Below, in pieces: positions 1-11,320 of a stretch of DNA of 64,000 nucleotides; position 1 is the stretch's first letter, and the number at the start of each line of letters is the position of its first letter. Both the position numbers and the translations under genes were made by a program. Source of the stretch: Octopus sinensis (Eukaryota); contig NC_043014.1 in assembly GCF_006345805.1 (NCBI RefSeq), forward strand, positions 46,376,001 to 46,440,000, written 5' to 3'. The notes under the pieces were generated by a model that searched no databases, was not told the DNA's origin, and was given only the letters and a program-made list of their open reading frames with translations.

Positions 1-40
1 TTCGGCATGAAAAAGGACAATTTCACGGTAAACTTAAGTA

Positions 41-261
41 ATACTTTATAAATTAGGGTTCAGCAAAGATTTGCTTTACCACATACCGAAGTTTAGAAAT
101 AGCAGCCAAAAAAACCTTAGCTATTTCTTCTACTGCGTGGATTGTTTTCAAGTATTTTGGTTTTTCTGGGAGTCCCTTTTTAAAGTAGGTTTTTTGGTTG
201 CTATTTCTAAACTTCGGTGTGTGGTAAAGCAAATCTTTGCTAAACCCTAATTATAAAGTAT
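41..261. mobile_element. MITE-like element with ~78-bp terminal inverted repeats
   Basis: atactttataaattagggttcagcaaagatttgctttaccacataccgaag... (41-118) is mirrored by ...cttcggtgtgtggtaaagcaaatctttgctaaaccctaattataaagtat (187-261); no coding capacity. Confidence 0.75.
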
Positions 262-359
262 ATATATATATAGTATGAAAGATGAGGAGGGTGGAAGTGA
301 CTTAACCCTTTTATAATACAAAGTAGCCAGCACTTCGTTAATTTAGCAGTCAGGTGAAT

Positions 360-715
360 ACACTAGCCAGGAAGACATTATTCTCATTAAGGAACGTGAT
401 TGACAGCGTGCAAATGCTAAGTCATTCGAAGGCGAAGAATTTGTCACCCAGCATAGATTAGTGGTTTGCGATTTCATAATATCTGGATGAGCTGTGAGAT
501 GCAAATCCCTCTGGAGACAGAAGACATGGATGTTGGAAGAACCGTTTTGGTCCAGTCATTGGTTAAGAGAAATTCTAGTTGATGGTTATGACAGAAAAGA
601 GACACAAGATATAGACCTTACAGAAGAGGGGACACTATGGGTTGCTGTTTGGATCTGTGGGTGGTGCAAGATGACATCATGGTAGTGCGAGGATAGAATT
701 ATGAAAGCAAAAGCT
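360..715 (+). pseudogene. Degenerate RTE LINE fragment (end of endonuclease plus linker)
   Basis: Translates with stops to ...AKSFEGEEFVTQHRLVVCDF...LREILVDGYDRKE...ICGWCK, resembling [13 protein letters not shown]...VCGWCK of the RTE copy near 25.1 kb. Confidence 0.7.
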
Positions 716-879
716 AATATATATATATATATATATATATCTGCGATTATTTGGTAAGCAATGCCGATTTTACACTTCTGTAAATAATAATAATAATAAT
801 CATATTTTATAAGCTTAAAGCTTATATGCGGTCACCATGCATTAACCAAGATAAAGAGTCTTAGATATATTATATAGAA

Positions 880-991
880 AACACTGCCAGATCAGACTGG
901 AGCCTGGTGCAGCCTCCTGGCTTCCCAGACCCCAGTTGAACCGTCCAACCCATGCTAGCATGGAAAGCGGACGTTAAATGATGATGATGAT
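880..991 (+). mobile_element. RTE 3'UTR fragment with (GAT)n tail
   Basis: ctgccagatcagactggagcc...ggaaagcggacgttaaatgatgatgatg matches the 3' end of the RTE at 22594-22850. Confidence 0.75.
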
Positions 992-1014
992 ATGTATATA
1001 TATATTATATATAT

Positions 1015-1422
1015 AGGCACAGGAGAGGCTGTGTGGTAAGTAGCTTGCTAACCAACCACATGGTTCCAGGTTCAGTCCTACTGTGTGGCATCTTGGGCAA
1101 GTGTCTTCTACTATAGCCTCGGGCCGACCAAAGCCTTGTGAGTGGATTTGGTAGACGGAAACTGAAAGAAGCCTGTTGTATATATGTATATATATATATA
1201 TATGTATGTGTGTTTGTGTGTCTGTGTTTGTCTCCCTAGCATTGCTTGACAACCGATGCTGGTGTGTTTACGTCCCCGTCACTTAGCGGTTCGGCAAAAA
1301 AACCGATAGAATAAGTTACTGGGCTTACAAAGAATAAGTCCCGGAGTCGATTTGCTCGACTAAAGGCGGTGCTCCAGCATGGCCGCAGTCAAATGACTGA
1401 AACAAATAAAAGAGTAAAAGAG
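1015..1422 (+). mobile_element. tRNA-derived SINE family A, full length
   Basis: Head with A-box-like tggctgtgtggtaag and B-box-like ggttcagtccc, central (TA)n/(TG)n tract, 3' gaaacaa...taaaagagtaaaagag tail; more than 20 related copies in the window. Confidence 0.85.
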
Positions 1423-1816
1423 TATGTCATTATCATTTTAATGTTCATTCTGCTATGCTTGCATGGGTCAGGTGGAGTTTATTGAGGTAGATTCTTTCCT
1501 GTTGTCAAGCCTTGCTTGTTTTCTTTGCAAGTTACTGTTTCTCCTTGGTTGGACATGTTTTCACGAAATATCGGTGACGAACGACACTGCTTCTATGACA
1601 GTGACAATCGTTTACAACTTTCACGTGATGTCCAGACAAAGTCCCCCCCCCCCCAACACACACGCACGCATACACGCGCGACAGGCTTATTCCAGTTTCT
1701 GTCGATCAGATCCACTTGCAAGACTTTAATTATCCTGGTGCTTTGGGATATGTCCTACATGCCACACAGTGGCACCGAACTTATAACCATGTATGTATAT
1801 GTGTATATGTATATAT

Positions 1817-2314
1817 CACCTTGACTGACCAGTCCGTCAGGTGTCCATTTGACACCGCTGGTCACAGCACGCTGTCCATTCCTCTCTGGATCTGGATCGC
1901 GCCTTTCTCATCCACGTGATCCCAATCGTCCTCCTGAAATTGTAACTCCACCATCGTGGAGGTCTTCCGGGTGGTCTTTTCCGCTCGCGTGGGTACCACT
2001 TGACAACTGCGTGGGTCCACCGATTATCGGTGAGCCGGGCGACGTGTCCAGCCCATCTATATTTGCTGTGTGTATACTCTGCGATGACATCTCTCACGCC
2101 GGACTTCTTTCTGATGATCTCGCTACTGATGTGCCCTCACAACGATGGAAGGCGTTTAATGGCATAAGGGATGTGCTCAAGGGAAGGTTGGACAGGACCA
2201 CCCGCGCCAACCTCATTAACAGTGCAGTTCTGCCTGCAATGTTATATGGTAGTGAAACATGGGCTACCACAAAGAGAGAAGAGCAAAGACTGGTAACGGC
2301 TCAAAGAGCCATGG
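1817..2314 (-). mobile_element. 5'-truncated RTE LINE (second family) with inverted 5' segment
   Basis: Minus strand 1817-~2145 encodes ...VRDVIAEYTHSKYRWAGHVARLTDNRWT...WYPRERKRPPGRPP; plus strand ~2146-2314 encodes WKAFNGIRDVL...VLPAMLYGSETWATTKREEQRLVTAQRAM; flanked by ATATGTATATAT at 1805-1816 and 2315-2326. Confidence 0.85.
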
Positions 2315-2348
2315 ATATGTATATATATATATATATATACATACATAT

Positions 2349-2700
2349 AGCTGCTTAGCAACCACATGGTTCCGGGTTCAGTCCCACTGCGTGGCACCTT
2401 GGGCAAGTGTCTTCTACTATAGCCTCGGGCCGACCAAAGCCTTGTGATTGGATTTGGTAGACAGAAACTGAATATATATATGTGTGTGTATATGTTTGTG
2501 TGTCTGTGTTTGTCCCCCCAACATCACTTGACAACCGATGCTGGTGTGTTTACGTCCCCGTAACTTAGTGGTTTGGCAAAAGCGACCGATAGAATAAGTA
2601 CTAGGCTTACAAGGAATAAGTCCTGGGGTCGATTTGCCCGACAAAAGGCGGTGCTCCAGCATGGCTACAGTCAATGACTGAAACAAGTAAAAGAGTAAAA
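2349..2700 (+). mobile_element. SINE family A, head truncated
   Basis: Matches 1015-1422 from aaccacatggttccgggttc onward. Confidence 0.8.
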
Positions 2701-2779
2701 ATATCTGAGTCTTTGCAACACTATCTGGAGTTGTTCGAAGTGGTTGATTTTCTGGGACATATATGCATATTCTTGTTAT

Positions 2780-3345
2780 AGGCGCAGGAGTGGCTGTGTG
2801 GTAAGTAGCTTGCTAACCAGCCACATGTCTTCTACTATAGCCCCGGGCCGACCAATGCCTTGTGAGTGGATTTGGTAGACGGAAACTGAAAGAAGCCCGT
2901 TGTATATATGTATATATATATATATATATGCGTGTGTGTGTGTGTTTGTGTGTCTGTGTTTGTCCCCCTAGCATTGCTTGACAACCGATGCTGGTGTGTT
3001 TATGTCCCCGTCACTTAGCAGTTCGGCAAAAGAGACCGATAGAATAAGTACTGGACTTACAAAAGAATCAGTCCCGGGGTCGAGTTGCTCGATCAAAGGC
3101 GGTGCTCCAGCATGGCCACAGTCAAATATATATATGCGTGTGTTTGTGTGTCTGTGTTTGTCCCCCTAGCATTGCTTGACAACCGATGCTGGTGTGTTTA
3201 TGTCCCCGTCACTTAGCGGTTCGGCAAAAGAGACCGATAGTATAAGTACTGGGCTTACAAAGAATAAGTCCCGGGGTCAAGTTGCTCGACTAAAGGCGGT
3301 GCTCCAGCATGGCCGTAGTCAAATGACTGAAACAAGTAAAAGAGA
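2780..3345 (+). mobile_element. SINE family A with duplicated 3' half
   Basis: Head at 2780; the 3' module gtttgtgtgtctgtgtttgtccccc...ggtgctccagcatggcc occurs twice (~2940-3120 and ~3135-3320). Confidence 0.8.
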
Positions 3346-3736
3346 ATGAGAAAGAGAATAGAAAATGATCTCTCACAGATGCCTTAATGCTTAGGTTTGG
3401 GTAGATCTGCAAATTACTGTTCATGATGTCATATCCTGCTTGTGTCATTTCTATGAAAAGCCAGAAGTACTTCATACCCAAGTGGTTTACAGTTTTTACA
3501 AAGAAGAAAATATTAAAAAAAACCCCAAAAAAAAGACTCTTATTCTTTTCATTGCAAATGGATTGTTATTTTTGTAAGTGAGATTCATAAAATATTGCAT
3601 TGAATTAGGTGAACTTTGTGGTTATATTTATTTCTATTTGGGGAAATACTCGGTTTCATGTTGAAATATTGTTGGACTGGTGGGTGCAGCTCTAGCATAT
3701 GAGTCTAGACTTTGTGGTTCCCACCCTGTCTCGTGT

Positions 3737-4060
3737 GAAGGCGCATAGCTTAGTGGTTAGGGCATTCGGCTAACAATTGTAAGGTCGTCAGTTCAATTCC
3801 CAGCGACGTGTTCTATCCTTGAGCAAGACATTTTATTTCACATTGCTCCAGTCCACTCAGCTGGCAAAAATGAGTTGTACCTGTATTTCAAAGGGCCAAC
3901 CTTGTCACATTCTGGGTCTCACTAAATCTCCTTGGGAACTACATTAAGGGTGCACATGTCTGTGAAGTACTCAGCCACTTGTATGTTAATTTCACGAGCA
4001 AGCTGTTCCATTGATCATATCAGCTGGGACCCTCGTCGTTGTAACCAACAGAATGCTCTT
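3737..4060 (+). mobile_element. tRNA-derived SINE family B (CORE-like centre)
   Basis: Head ggcgcatagcttagtggttaggg...gttcaattccc, centre ccttgagcaagacattttatttcacattgctccagtccactcagctgg; 3' part shared with 4135-4324. CORE similarity is recalled, not computed. Confidence 0.7.
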
Positions 4061-4134
4061 ATCTACATGGTGCAGCAAGATGATTTGGGACACCCCACGC
4101 CCATGCTGTGAGCTTAATTTTTCAGTGGCTCATT

Positions 4135-4832
4135 GTAGGTGGCACTCCGTCGGTTACAACAACAAGGGTTCCAGTTGATCCGATCAACGGAACAGCCTGC
4201 TCGTGAAATTAACGTGCAAGTGGCTGAGTACTCCACAGACACGCGTACCCTTAACGTAGTTCTTGGGGGAGATTCAGCGTGACACAGAGTGTGACAAGGC
4301 TGTCCCCTTTGAAATACAGGTACAGCAGAAACAGAAAGAAAGAGTGAGAGAAAGTTGTGGTGAAAGAGTACAGCAAGGTTCGCCACCACCCCCTGTTGGA
4401 GCCTCGTGGAGCTTTTAGGTGTTTTCGTTCAATAAACACTCACAACGCCCGGTCTGGCAATCGAAACCGTGATCCTACAACCGTAAGTCCACTACCCTAA
4501 CCACTGGACCATTGTGCAAACCGCGATCCTACAACCGTGAGTCCACTACCCTAACCACTGGGCCATTGCGCAAACCGTGATCCTACAACCGCGAGTCCAC
4601 TACCCTAACCACTGGGCCATTGCGCAAACCGTGAGTCCACTACCCTAACCACTGGACCATTGCGCAAACCACAATCCTACAACCGTGAGTCCACTACCCT
4701 AACCACTGGGCCATTGCGCAAACCGCGATCCTACAACCGTGAGTCCACTACCCTAACCACTGGACCATTGCACAAACCACGATCCTACAACCGCGAGTCT
4801 GCTACCCTAACCACTGGGCCATTGCGCCTCCA
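4135..4832 (-). mobile_element. SINE family B with tandemly amplified tRNA-like head
   Basis: Body matches 42000-42385; head repeated 7 times at 4464-4827. Confidence 0.8.
4464..4827 (-). repeat. Tandem repeat, 7 units (six of 54 bp, one of 40 bp) derived from the SINE head
   Basis: Unit aaaccgcgatcctacaaccgtgagtccactaccctaaccactgggccattgcgc. Confidence 0.9.
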
Positions 4833-5080
4833 CTAATGGCTCATTGTACAAGAACCCTAAATAGACGTGAGAAGGTCTATCTCCTGCTGTTCTTATTTTT
4901 CTCCTGAGACATGTTTCATCACACCGCATCAAGTATCTCTGTCCTCCATCAGCTTCGATGGGTTCTCAGTTTATTAATTGAATTAGTAATTGAATGAAGG
5001 ATATAATTGTTGGCCCTGTGCCAAAATTATAAAGAATCATTGACCAGGTTAATTATAAAGGAGTCCTTAGCCATTTATAG

Positions 5081-5241
5081 GTACAGGAGTGGCTGTGTGG
5101 TTAGAAGCTTGCTTCCCAACCACACACTTCAGGGTTCAGCCTCACTGCGTGGCACCTTGGGCAAGTGTCTTCTACTATAGCCTCAGACTGACCAAAGCCT
5201 TGTGAGTGGATTTGACAGATGGAAACTGAAAGAAGCCCATC

Positions 5242-5299
<58 letters not shown>

Positions 5300-5591
5300 A
5301 TGTATATGTATGTATATATTTGTGTCTGCGTTTGTCCCCCCATCGCTGGACAACTGATGTTGGTGTATTGGTGATGTTGGTGGGGACAAACACACATACA
5401 CAAACACTTATATATATATACATATATGACGGGCTTCTTTTCAGTTTCCGTCTACCAAATCCACTCACAAGACTTTGGTTGGCCCGAGGCTATAGTAGAA
5501 GACACTTGCCCAAGGTGCCACGCAGTGGGACTGAACCCGGAACCATGTGGCTGGTAAGCAAGCTACTTACCACACAGCCACTCCTGTGCCT
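5081..5591. mobile_element. Two family A SINEs fused tail-to-tail (inverted pair)
   Basis: Plus copy ~5081-5370 joined directly to minus copy ~5371-5591. Confidence 0.85.
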
Positions 5592-6173
5592 ATATATATA
5601 TATATATGTATGTATGTATGTATAATTGTTTCATGCTCCATGTCATGTGTCTTCTCTGTCAAGAACATCCATGTAGTTGGCCAGTCTCCAAAATCCGACA
5701 TCCAATATGGCAATATGGCCTGGTGTTCAGCAAAGCCAACCGCCCTGCATTGAGCAACCCTAGCTAGAATCTGTCTATAGATCTCCTCTTTGATCTTGCA
5801 TAAAAGATATAGGATGTTTTGAGCTTCCATGAGAAGCCTCGTGTACATACTTTCAAAGAACAGCAGAAGAACTGCATAATAATTAAGTATGTTGTTCGCT
5901 TGTGCTATTGGATATTATGGCATTGTTAATTAGGAAATCATTATTTTTGTTACTATAGATCCAGTAGCATATGTTTCACTTAATTCCAACTATGGGAAAT
6001 TATCAATATTACTGCTTTGCTTTTCTTAATCTATTAATCTTGGGTTTATGAAAGAAAGTTTTATTGTTTGAGTAGACCTATGATAAAAAAAGGCCTTCCA
6101 GCCATGGCCATCACACATTCTTGGGAGCATTTAGGCCTGCATTATCTAATGTAACCATTTCTTATTTTTTTTA

Positions 6174-7722
6174 AAGACAGGGCTGTGATCTGAGAGAATT
6201 TGGCTGTTATTTCTAGCAAGACAGTTGACCACACAGAGGATTCTACATTGACGTCTTATTGTTAGTTGTTGTTTTAATCCCTGACTCAGACTTATTATCA
6301 ATGGTAATCCAGCCAATATGTCTCTCCCTTTTGAAGTTGTAGGGTTGAATTTGATGGCGACTAAGCTGCTATTTCTAGTAGGTTGCGTGACCATGGAAAG
6401 ACACCGAGTCGCCCTCCCATTTTCGAATTTTTACAGTGCTGCTATTGTTTCGATCCCTCCTGGGTCAAATATTGAAGACAGGGGGCTGTGACCTCAGAGA
6501 ATTTGGCTGTTATTTCTAGCAAGACAGTTGACCGTAATCCAGCCAATATGTCTTTCTCTTTTCATGAATTTGATGGCGACTCAGCTGCTATTTCTAGTAG
6601 GTTGCGTGACCATGGAAAGACACCTAGTCGCCCTCCCGTTTTTGTAAAACTTTGAATTTTTACAGTGCTGCTAATGTTTTTTGATCCCTCCTGGGTCAAA
6701 TATTGAAGACAGGGGGCTGTGACCTGAGAGAATTTGGCTGTTGTTTCTAGCAAGACAGTTGACCGTAATCCAGCCAATATGTCTCTCCCTTTTCAAGTTG
6801 TAGGGTTTAATTTGATGGCGACTCAGCTGCTATTTCTAGTAGGTTGCGTGACCATGGAAAGACACCGAGTCGCCCTCCCATTTTGTAAAACTTTGAAATT
6901 TTACAGTGCTGCTATTGTTTCGATCCCTCTGGGTCAAATATTGAAGACAGAGGGCTGTGACCTCAGAGAATTTGGCTGTTATTTCTAGCAAGACAGTTGA
7001 CCGTAATCCAGCCAATATGTCTCTCTCTTTTCATGAATTTGATGGCGACTAAGCTGCCATTTCTAGTAGGTTGCGCGACCATGGAAAGACACCGAGTCGC
7101 CCTCCCGTTTTTGTAAAACTTTGAATTTTTACAGTGCTGCTATTGTTTCGATCCCTCCTGGGTCAAATATTGAAGTCAGTTGTATTTTTAAAGAATTTGG
7201 CTGTTATTTCTAGCAAGACAGTTGACCACACAGAGGATTCTACATTGACGCCTTATTGTTAGTTGTTGTTTTAATCCCTGGCTCAGACTTACTATCAGTG
7301 GTAATCCAGCCAATATGTCTCTCCCTTTTCAAGTTGTAGGGTTTAATTTGATGGCGACTAAGCTGCTATTTCTAGTAGGTTGCGTGACCATGGAAAGACA
7401 CCGAGTCGCCCTCCCATTTTGTAAAACTTTGAATTTTTACAGTGCTGCTATTGTTTTGATCCCCCCTGGGTCAAATATTGAAGACAGGGGGCTGTGATCT
7501 GAGAGAATTTGGCTGTTATTTCTAGCAAGACAGTAGACCGTAATCCAGCCAATATGTCTCTCTCTTTTCATGAATTTGATGGCGACTAATCTGCCATTTC
7601 TAGTAGGTTGCGTGACCATAGAAAGACACCGAGTCGTCCTCCGATTTTGTAAAACTTTGAATTTCTACAGTGCTGCTATTGTTTCGATCCCTCCTGGGTC
7701 AAATATTGAAGTCAGTTGTATT
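6174..7722. repeat. Local satellite, six monomers of ~228-308 bp alternating long/short
   Basis: Monomers start near 6174, 6475, 6706, 6944, 7173 and 7481; shared core gaatttggctgttatttctagcaagacagttgacc...ccctcctgggtcaaatattgaag. Confidence 0.9.
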
Positions 7723-8299
7723 GATCATACCCGAATCTCTCTCCACAAAAAAGCAATGAAAAATCAATAACGCAGGAGAAAAGTGGGGCAAAAATATGGT
7801 TATGAAATTCATCAGCAGTCTGACGAAACGACCAGGTTTTCGAGTAGAGCCGAGTCTTGTCCCGGCTTCCCCCGTCCCCCTCTTAAATAAATCAGACTTT
7901 ATATAAATAAACAAATATTTGCCTTTTTGCCACACGAAGCCAGTAAACGTCGTTGGTCTGCTGGGAAACGGTGCAGTCTATCGGAGTAAAAAACTGTCAA
8001 TAATTAAGTGGCACTTGGAAGAAAGTGCTTCAGACCTAAGCACGGGTTTGTCTCCAGCGATTATTAGCTAGATCAATTGCTATTGTAATGTGTGTTTACA
8101 GTAATTATTAGTCAACGTCTTTCTTTTTTTTTTAAATCTTTCCTCTCTCTCTCTCTCTCTCTGTTTCTGTCTCTGTCTCTCCTGAATGGTGTTGTGGTTA
8201 GTATATTTGGTTACGTTGGTCATGCAAGTAATTAAACATAAGCTTTTTTGTTGTTTAAAAAGTGAAAATGCACATTTTGCTTTGACAAGTTTTAGAATT

Positions 8300-9026
8300 T
8301 GTATGTATATGTATGTATGCATGTATGTATGTATGTATGTATATGTATGTATACATGTTTGTATGTATGTATGTATGTATGTATGTATGTATATATATAT
8401 ATGTATGTATGCGTGTATGTATATATATATATATATGTATGTATGTATGTATATATGCATGTATGTATGTATATATATATGTATGTATGTATGTATATAT
8501 GCATGTATGTATGTATATATATATGTATGTATGTATGTATATATGCATGTATGTATGTCATCATCATCATCATCATTTAGCGTCCGTTTTCCATGCTAGC
8601 ATGGGTTGGACGGTTCTACTGGGGTCTGTGAAGCCAGAAGGCTTCATCAGGCCCAGTCAAATCTGGCAGTGTTTCTACGGCTGGATGCCCATATATATAT
8701 ATATATATACACACATATATGTATGTATGCATATATGTATGTATGTATATTCATGCATGTGTATGTATGTATATGTATGTACGTATATGTATATTTATAT
8801 ATGTATGTGTATGTATGTATGTATGTATATGTGTGTATATATATATGTATATTTATATATGTATGTGTATGTATGTATGTATGTATGTATATGTGTGTAT
8901 ATATATATGTATATTTATATATGTATGTGTATGTATGTATGTATGTATATGTGTGTATATATATATGTATATATATATGTATGTATATTTATGTATATGT
9001 ATATGTATGTGTGTGTGTGTGTGTGT
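8300..9026. repeat. Compound (TATG)n/(TA)n microsatellite interrupted by an RTE 3'UTR fragment (8558-8690, minus)
   Basis: Direct inspection. Confidence 0.9.
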
Positions 9027-9340
9027 GATAACTCTGCTGATAAGTGCTAATAGTTTAAGCATTTCGGGATACTTCCCCCCCCCCCACCAGCTTCTTCCTC
9101 CACCACTGGCTTTTGTTTGTAGTGGATGAAGGACCTGCACTCATTAGCTCCTGCGTTAACCCCCGAGACAAGTGTAACTCTTGCACAATGATTGATGATG
9201 ATGCACAGCACAAAGGACGGCTGAAATGCTGCAAGCCTGTTGCAGTGTTAATTAAGCGATTAGCAGCAATGAGTGACTGGTTTCAGACGAGCGGAAAGAA
9301 AAAAAAAATCAGTGAGAAAGAAAAAAAAATCATATACCAT

Positions 9341-9637
9341 AGGCGTAGGAGTGGCTGTGTGGTAAGTAGCTTGCTTACCAACCACATGGTTCCGGGTTCA
9401 GTCCCACTGTGCGGCACCTTGGGCAAGTGTCTTCTGCTATAGCCTCGGGCGGACCAAAGCCTTGTGAGTGGATTTGGTAGACGGAAACTGAAAGAAGTCC
9501 GTCGTATGTATGTATGTATATATATATATATATATATATACATACATATATATATAATAACAATATAATAAATAAATAAAAGATATGCATATGTACATAC
9601 ATATATGTACATACTTACATCTACATGTATATATACA

Positions 9638-9671
<34 letters not shown>

Positions 9672-10220
9672 TACAGGACACCACAATAAACGTAGAACAC
9701 AACGAGAAATGAAAACATAAAATCAAACAAGGAAACGGACTTTTTTTAACAACGAAAAAACAGAGTACAGGACAAACAATACAAGGAATATTCCCCTTCA
9801 TCAGCTGCCCCTGATTTGACTCAATGCGTGTTTCGAAGGTAAGGGCAGAACACGGCCAGCCGAAACAGTCCTTCCTGCAAAAGGAATTAAGTAAAATTCT
9901 TTTGCAGAGGGGTAAAACAGGACATAATACCAATACAAATGAAGAAAAAACAGTAGAAAAAACAGTACAAATAAAGAATAACAGGACAAGGAACCAGTGT
10001 GTGTGTGTGTGCGTGTTTGTGTCTCTGTGTTTGTCCCCCCAACATCGCTTGACAACCGATGCTGGTGTGTTTACGTCCCCGTAACTTAGCGGTTCGGCAA
10101 AAGGAGACTGACAGAATGAGTACTAGGCTTACAAAGAATAAGTCCTGGGGGGTCAATTTGCTCGACTAAAAGGCGGTGCTCCAGCATGGCCGCAGTCAAA
10201 TGACTGAAACAAGTAAAAGG
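9341..10220 (+). mobile_element. SINE family A split by microsatellite and an unrelated ~320-bp insertion
   Basis: 5' half 9341-9510, 3' half ~10000-10220; unrelated sequence ~9670-9995 lies between. Confidence 0.7.
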
Positions 10221-10571
10221 GTAACACATTACACCTTAACAAGTTTTTCACAAGTTGCAGCAAAAAATTGTGTTTATAGCAACGGACTTTGACAGCTTTC
10301 TCTTAACATGCTCCCACTTTTCTGTAATCTCATTTCCTGCACATGGTTCATATGCGTATGGTCTTTTGGCCAACTTACATTTATAATAAATTGGCAAACG
10401 TTGCATATTACTTATATCTGCCATGACATATGTGGTATTTGTTTATATCTTTAGTGATCTTCAGTGATTTAATGATAGTTCTTCATTCAACAAATGCCAT
10501 CTCCTTTCAACAAATGCCATTGCCAAATAAATGAAAACATTTGTTAATTTACACTATATATTAGACTAATG

Positions 10572-10983
10572 GGATCTTTTCGGTTTGAACGGCAGTTTTT
10601 AACCTAATTTCTAGGTAACTAAAAAAATTTTAAACTTCGTATACTGGTAGAATGTGTTTATAAAACATCTTTCTTTCTTGGCTTTATTGAGAAAATTCTA
10701 TAGTTTGTAAGATATTTGTTTTTTTTTCCCTTTAATTTCTGCAATTTCAACCAATCAATGATGTATATTGAGGTAAAAAACATTCTGTGCCGTATGAATA
10801 TGTCCCTCGTTTAAGAAACAGATTGGGTTTATTTACATTTGTGAAGAAAAAAATATACCCTTTCCCCCACCCCTAACCCTAAAACAGATTGAAATGCAAT
10901 AGATTGATTCTAGGGTCATAATTATAGGTGACAATTTCATATGACACCGCTAGAAAAAACTGCCATTCAAACTGAAAAGATCC
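10572..10983. mobile_element. MITE with GGATCTTTTCGGTTTGAACGGCAGTTTTT TIRs and 8-bp TSD
   Basis: TSD GACTAATG at 10564-10571 and 10984-10991; related copies at 18332, 48325, 48911 and 56021. Confidence 0.9.
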
Positions 10984-11119
10984 GACTAATGTCTAATATA
11001 TTAGACTAATGTGTTTGAAGTACCGTATTTTAATATGTATGAGGAATCCTCGTGTATAAGGAATCCCCTAACTTTTGGGGCTTAAAATTTGGATAAAAGG
11101 TTTTGTAAGGGATTAGGAA

Positions 11120-11320
11120 GTGGAGGCGTAATGGCCCAGTGGTTAGGGCCGTGGACTAGCAGTCAGAGGATCGCGGTTTCAATTCCCAGACCGGGAGTTG
11201 TGTGTGTTTATTGAGCACCTAAAAGCTCCATGAGGCTCCAGCAGGGGGTGGTGGCGACCCCTATTGCACTCTTTCGTCCCAACTTTCTCTCACTCTTTCT
11301 TCCTGTTTCTTGGGTAATGC
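11120..11320 (+). mobile_element. SINE family B, partial
   Basis: ggaggcgtaatggcccagtggttaggg...ggtttcaattcccagaccggg head. Confidence 0.7.

Noticed and set aside
3737-3810. tRNA-like sequences at SINE heads
   Set aside because: A/B-box-like motifs run directly into SINE bodies and lack complete cloverleaf ends; not tRNA genes.
5567-5848. 93-aa minus-strand ORF in non-microsatellite sequence
   Set aside because: No recognisable domain or convincing splice sites; probably a decayed LINE fragment or a chance ORF.
6562-7770. Repeated ORFs (MSLPFQVVGFNLMAT...) in the 6.2-7.7 kb array
   Set aside because: Frames break differently in each monomer, so there is no sign of coding constraint.
7800-7850. 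CTGATGA near GAAA suggesting a hammerhead ribozyme
   Set aside because: Stems I, II and III cannot be paired in any topology I tried.
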